The notes under the pieces were generated by a model that did no database searches, had not been told where the DNA came from, and saw only the letters and a program-made list of their open reading frames with translations. From contig CAZVVZ010000009.1 of NCBI GenBank assembly GCA_964631135.1, positions 1 through 18,548 of the forward strand: a stretch of DNA of 18,548 bases, given 5' to 3'. Both the position numbers and the translations under genes were made by a program. The DNA comes from an uncultured Eubacteriales bacterium (GTDB taxonomy: Bacteria > Bacillota > Clostridia > TANB77 > RGIG9151). Positions 17,018-18,548 of the stretch are shown one piece after another. Within the stretch, counting starts at the first letter, position 1. Each line of letters starts with the position of its first letter.

Positions 17018-17047
17018 GTATGATACTTAAGTAATCATACGCTCCTT
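17018..17047 (-). promoter_or_regulatory. SD-like AAAGGAG separated from the pgeF ATG by a 23-nt hairpin
   Basis: The - strand reads TAG-AAAGGAGC-[GTATGAT TACTTAAGT ATCATAC]-AAATTTTT-ATG. There is a 7-bp stem (17040..17034 / 17024..17018). No other SD lies within 15 nt of the start codon. Confidence 0.4.
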
Positions 17048-17048
17048 T

Positions 17049-18548
17049 CTAAATTATATTTATTGTTTTAGTAGTATCGTTCCACTCAACAGTATTGTTA
17101 AAAGCCTCAGATATAGCTCTTAGCGGTACAAATGTCCTGTTGTTTTTTATTTGAGCCGGGACCTCTAAAACAATACTTTTATCGTTAACCCTCATTTTAT
17201 TACTCCCTATTTCTACAGAAACAACCGTTTCACCTTTTTTTGCAGTAACAGTATTATTTTCCCAGCTGACTACAGCACCCAAAGCTTCAAAAATAGTCCT
17301 TAAAGGCACCAAAGTCCTGTTATTTTCAATAATCGGATTATAATCAAAATCTATTTTTTCATTATTTACATAGACAGTTATTTCTTTATTTTTATATTGC
17401 TTTTTTAGTAAATTATATAAGGAGCTATTAGAAATAAGCGAAGAATATCTGTAATGAATTTCTCCGAAAATAATTTTACTTTCTTTATTTATTTCCATTT
17501 GTTTCTCTATCTCTTTAGCATTATACCACACACTACTATCCTTCGCATCCACTACCCTATAATCAGCTAATCCGATATATAATTTAGTATTGCCGTTGTA
17601 TACTACATCCGCCCACCAGTTAACAAGAGTAATATAATCAGCCGCTTTATGCCCACATTCCCAATATATCTGTGGTGCAATATAATCTACCCAGCCGTTT
17701 TTAGCCCATTTCCTAGTATCCGCATAATGAGAATAATATGATTCTGTACCGCTTGTATTACTTCCAAAAGAATTGTTTTTACTATTAGCCCAAATTCCAA
17801 ACGGGCTTATTCCAAAAGATATATCTTCCTTCTGTGCATGTAACTTTTTATTCAATTCCTCTACCAACATATCTACATTATTTCTTCTCCAATCCTCAAT
17901 ATTTGAAAAACCTGCACCGTATTTTTTATATGTAGCTAAATCATCAAAATCTTTTCCCGGGTAAAAATAATCATCCATATGTATTCCGTCAACATCATAG
18001 TTTGTTAATATTTCTAAAGCTCCATCTATAACTAGTTCCCTTACTTCCGGAATGCCCGGGTTAAAATAATAATTTCCATCAGAATATTTTACTATGTATT
18101 CCGGATTCAGTTTAGCCGGGCTGTTACCGGCTATTAAATTATATTCTTCATCTCCCTTTTTAGTTATTCTATACGGATTTATCCATGCATGAAGTTCAAT
18201 TCCCCTATTATGGGCTTCTTCTACCCAAAACTTAAGCGGATCAAATCCGTTATTAGGTGCTACTCCGCTTTCTCCGGTTAAATATTTACTCCATGGAAAT
18301 ATTTCTGACTTATAAAATGCATCTGCCGAAGGCCGTACCTGAAGAAATACCGCATTTAATCCAAGCTCTTTTACATTATTTAATATTGAAATAGCCTCTG
18401 ATTTTAATGTATTTATATCTTTAGTTGGTGTTGAAGGATAATCTAAATTATATACAGTTGCAACCCAAACTCCTTTTAGAGCCGTTGTCGCACATGTAAC
18501 AGAAAAAATATTTAATATAAAAATCAATAAAAAAAATACTTTTTTCAT
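17049..18548 (-). CDS. Secreted glycoside-hydrolase-like family 10 (GHL10/YngK-like) protein with C-terminal copper-amine-oxidase-N-like (stalk) domain
   Basis: Signal peptide MKKVFFLLIFILNIFSVTCATTA. GHL10-like core (KGVWVATVYNLDYP, NAVFLQVRP, ELHAWINPYR, DGIHMDDYFYP, ISPFGIW). C-terminal duplicated NNRTLVPLRTIFEALGA / NNRTFVPLRAISEAFNN repeats typical of the Cu_amine_oxidN1 domain. The start codon is the last 3 nt of the window, so upstream signals are not visible. Confidence 0.85.
   Translation of the reverse strand: MKKVFFLLIFILNIFSVTCATTALKGVWVATVYNLDYPSTPTKDINTLKSEAISILNNVKELGLNAVFLQVRPSADAFYKSEIFPWSKYLTGESGVAPNNGFDPLKFWVEEAHNRGIELHAWINPYRITKKGDEEYNLIAGNSPAKLNPEYIVKYSDGNYYFNPGIPEVRELVIDGALEILTNYDVDGIHMDDYFYPGKDFDDLATYKKYGAGFSNIEDWRRNNVDMLVEELNKKLHAQKEDISFGISPFGIWANSKNNSFGSNTSGTESYYSHYADTRKWAKNGWVDYIAPQIYWECGHKAADYITLVNWWADVVYNGNTKLYIGLADYRVVDAKDSSVWYNAKEIEKQMEINKESKIIFGEIHYRYSSLISNSSLYNLLKKQYKNKEITVYVNNEKIDFDYNPIIENNRTLVPLRTIFEALGAVVSWENNTVTAKKGETVVSVEIGSNKMRVNDKSIVLEVPAQIKNNRTFVPLRAISEAFNNTVEWNDTTKTINII

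Noticed and set aside
3145-17964. Fourteen + strand track ORFs of 60-161 aa lying inside - strand genes: 3145..3468, 3679..3864, 3966..4277, 5207..5449, 5809..6039, 6349..6564, 8263..8520, 9402..9665, 11052..11288, 11963..12157, 12548..12730, 13942..14163, 14655..15140, 17773..17964.
   Set aside because: Each is fully or largely antisense to a confidently identified conserved gene. They have Ser/Ile/Phe/Leu-rich low-complexity translations typical of shadow frames in AT-rich DNA. None has an SD or a recognisable motif. Even the longest (14655..15140, 161 aa) simply mirrors radC.
1-18548. Search for CRISPR repeats, IS elements/transposases, toxin-antitoxin pairs, restriction-modification or other defence modules, rRNA genes and riboswitch-length leaders.
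   Set aside because: None was found. Every ORF over 100 aa is accounted for by a housekeeping or envelope function or is an antisense shadow. Intergenic regions are too short (mostly 24 nt or less) to hold arrays or riboswitches, and the three longer gaps are explained by promoters and terminators.

Overview
This window looks like low-GC Firmicute (Clostridia/Tissierellia-like) core chromosome, not an accessory island. I found no transposase, phage, CRISPR or recognisable defence genes. It opens with tRNA-Arg(CCU) on the + strand and a bidirectional terminator. Almost everything after that is on the - strand. A xerD-like recombinase has its own promoter. Upstream of it lies a 13-gene, about 14 kb, tightly packed co-directional cluster: radC-mreB-mreC-mreD-PBP2-minC-fmt-[giant GT2/TPR/Zn-ribbon-methyltransferase-like gene]-DUF1385-prmC-cvpA-yqeK-LCP. 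All gaps in it are 24 nt or less, and one good sigmaA-type promoter sits upstream of radC. Two small + strand genes (an acidic 96-aa unknown and a coiled-coil double zinc-ribbon protein) separate this cluster from a second - strand wall-related pair, a secreted GHL10/YngK-like hydrolase followed by pgeF. The best candidate for something undescribed is the 984-aa three-module protein at 5367..8321. It has a SunS-like GT2 domain, a long TPR/helical domain, and a Zn-ribbon plus class-I methyltransferase fold with a non-canonical SAM motif. It is markedly more AT-rich than its neighbours and sits between the translation-modifying genes fmt and prmC. Secondary curiosities are an orphan minC without minDE or rodA, a nested inverted repeat of about 108 nt between convergent genes, and a hairpin separating the SD from the start codon of pgeF. 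All other + strand ORFs in the track (and 15620..15988 on -) are antisense shadow ORFs. All functional calls rest on motifs I recognise by eye; no database search was possible.
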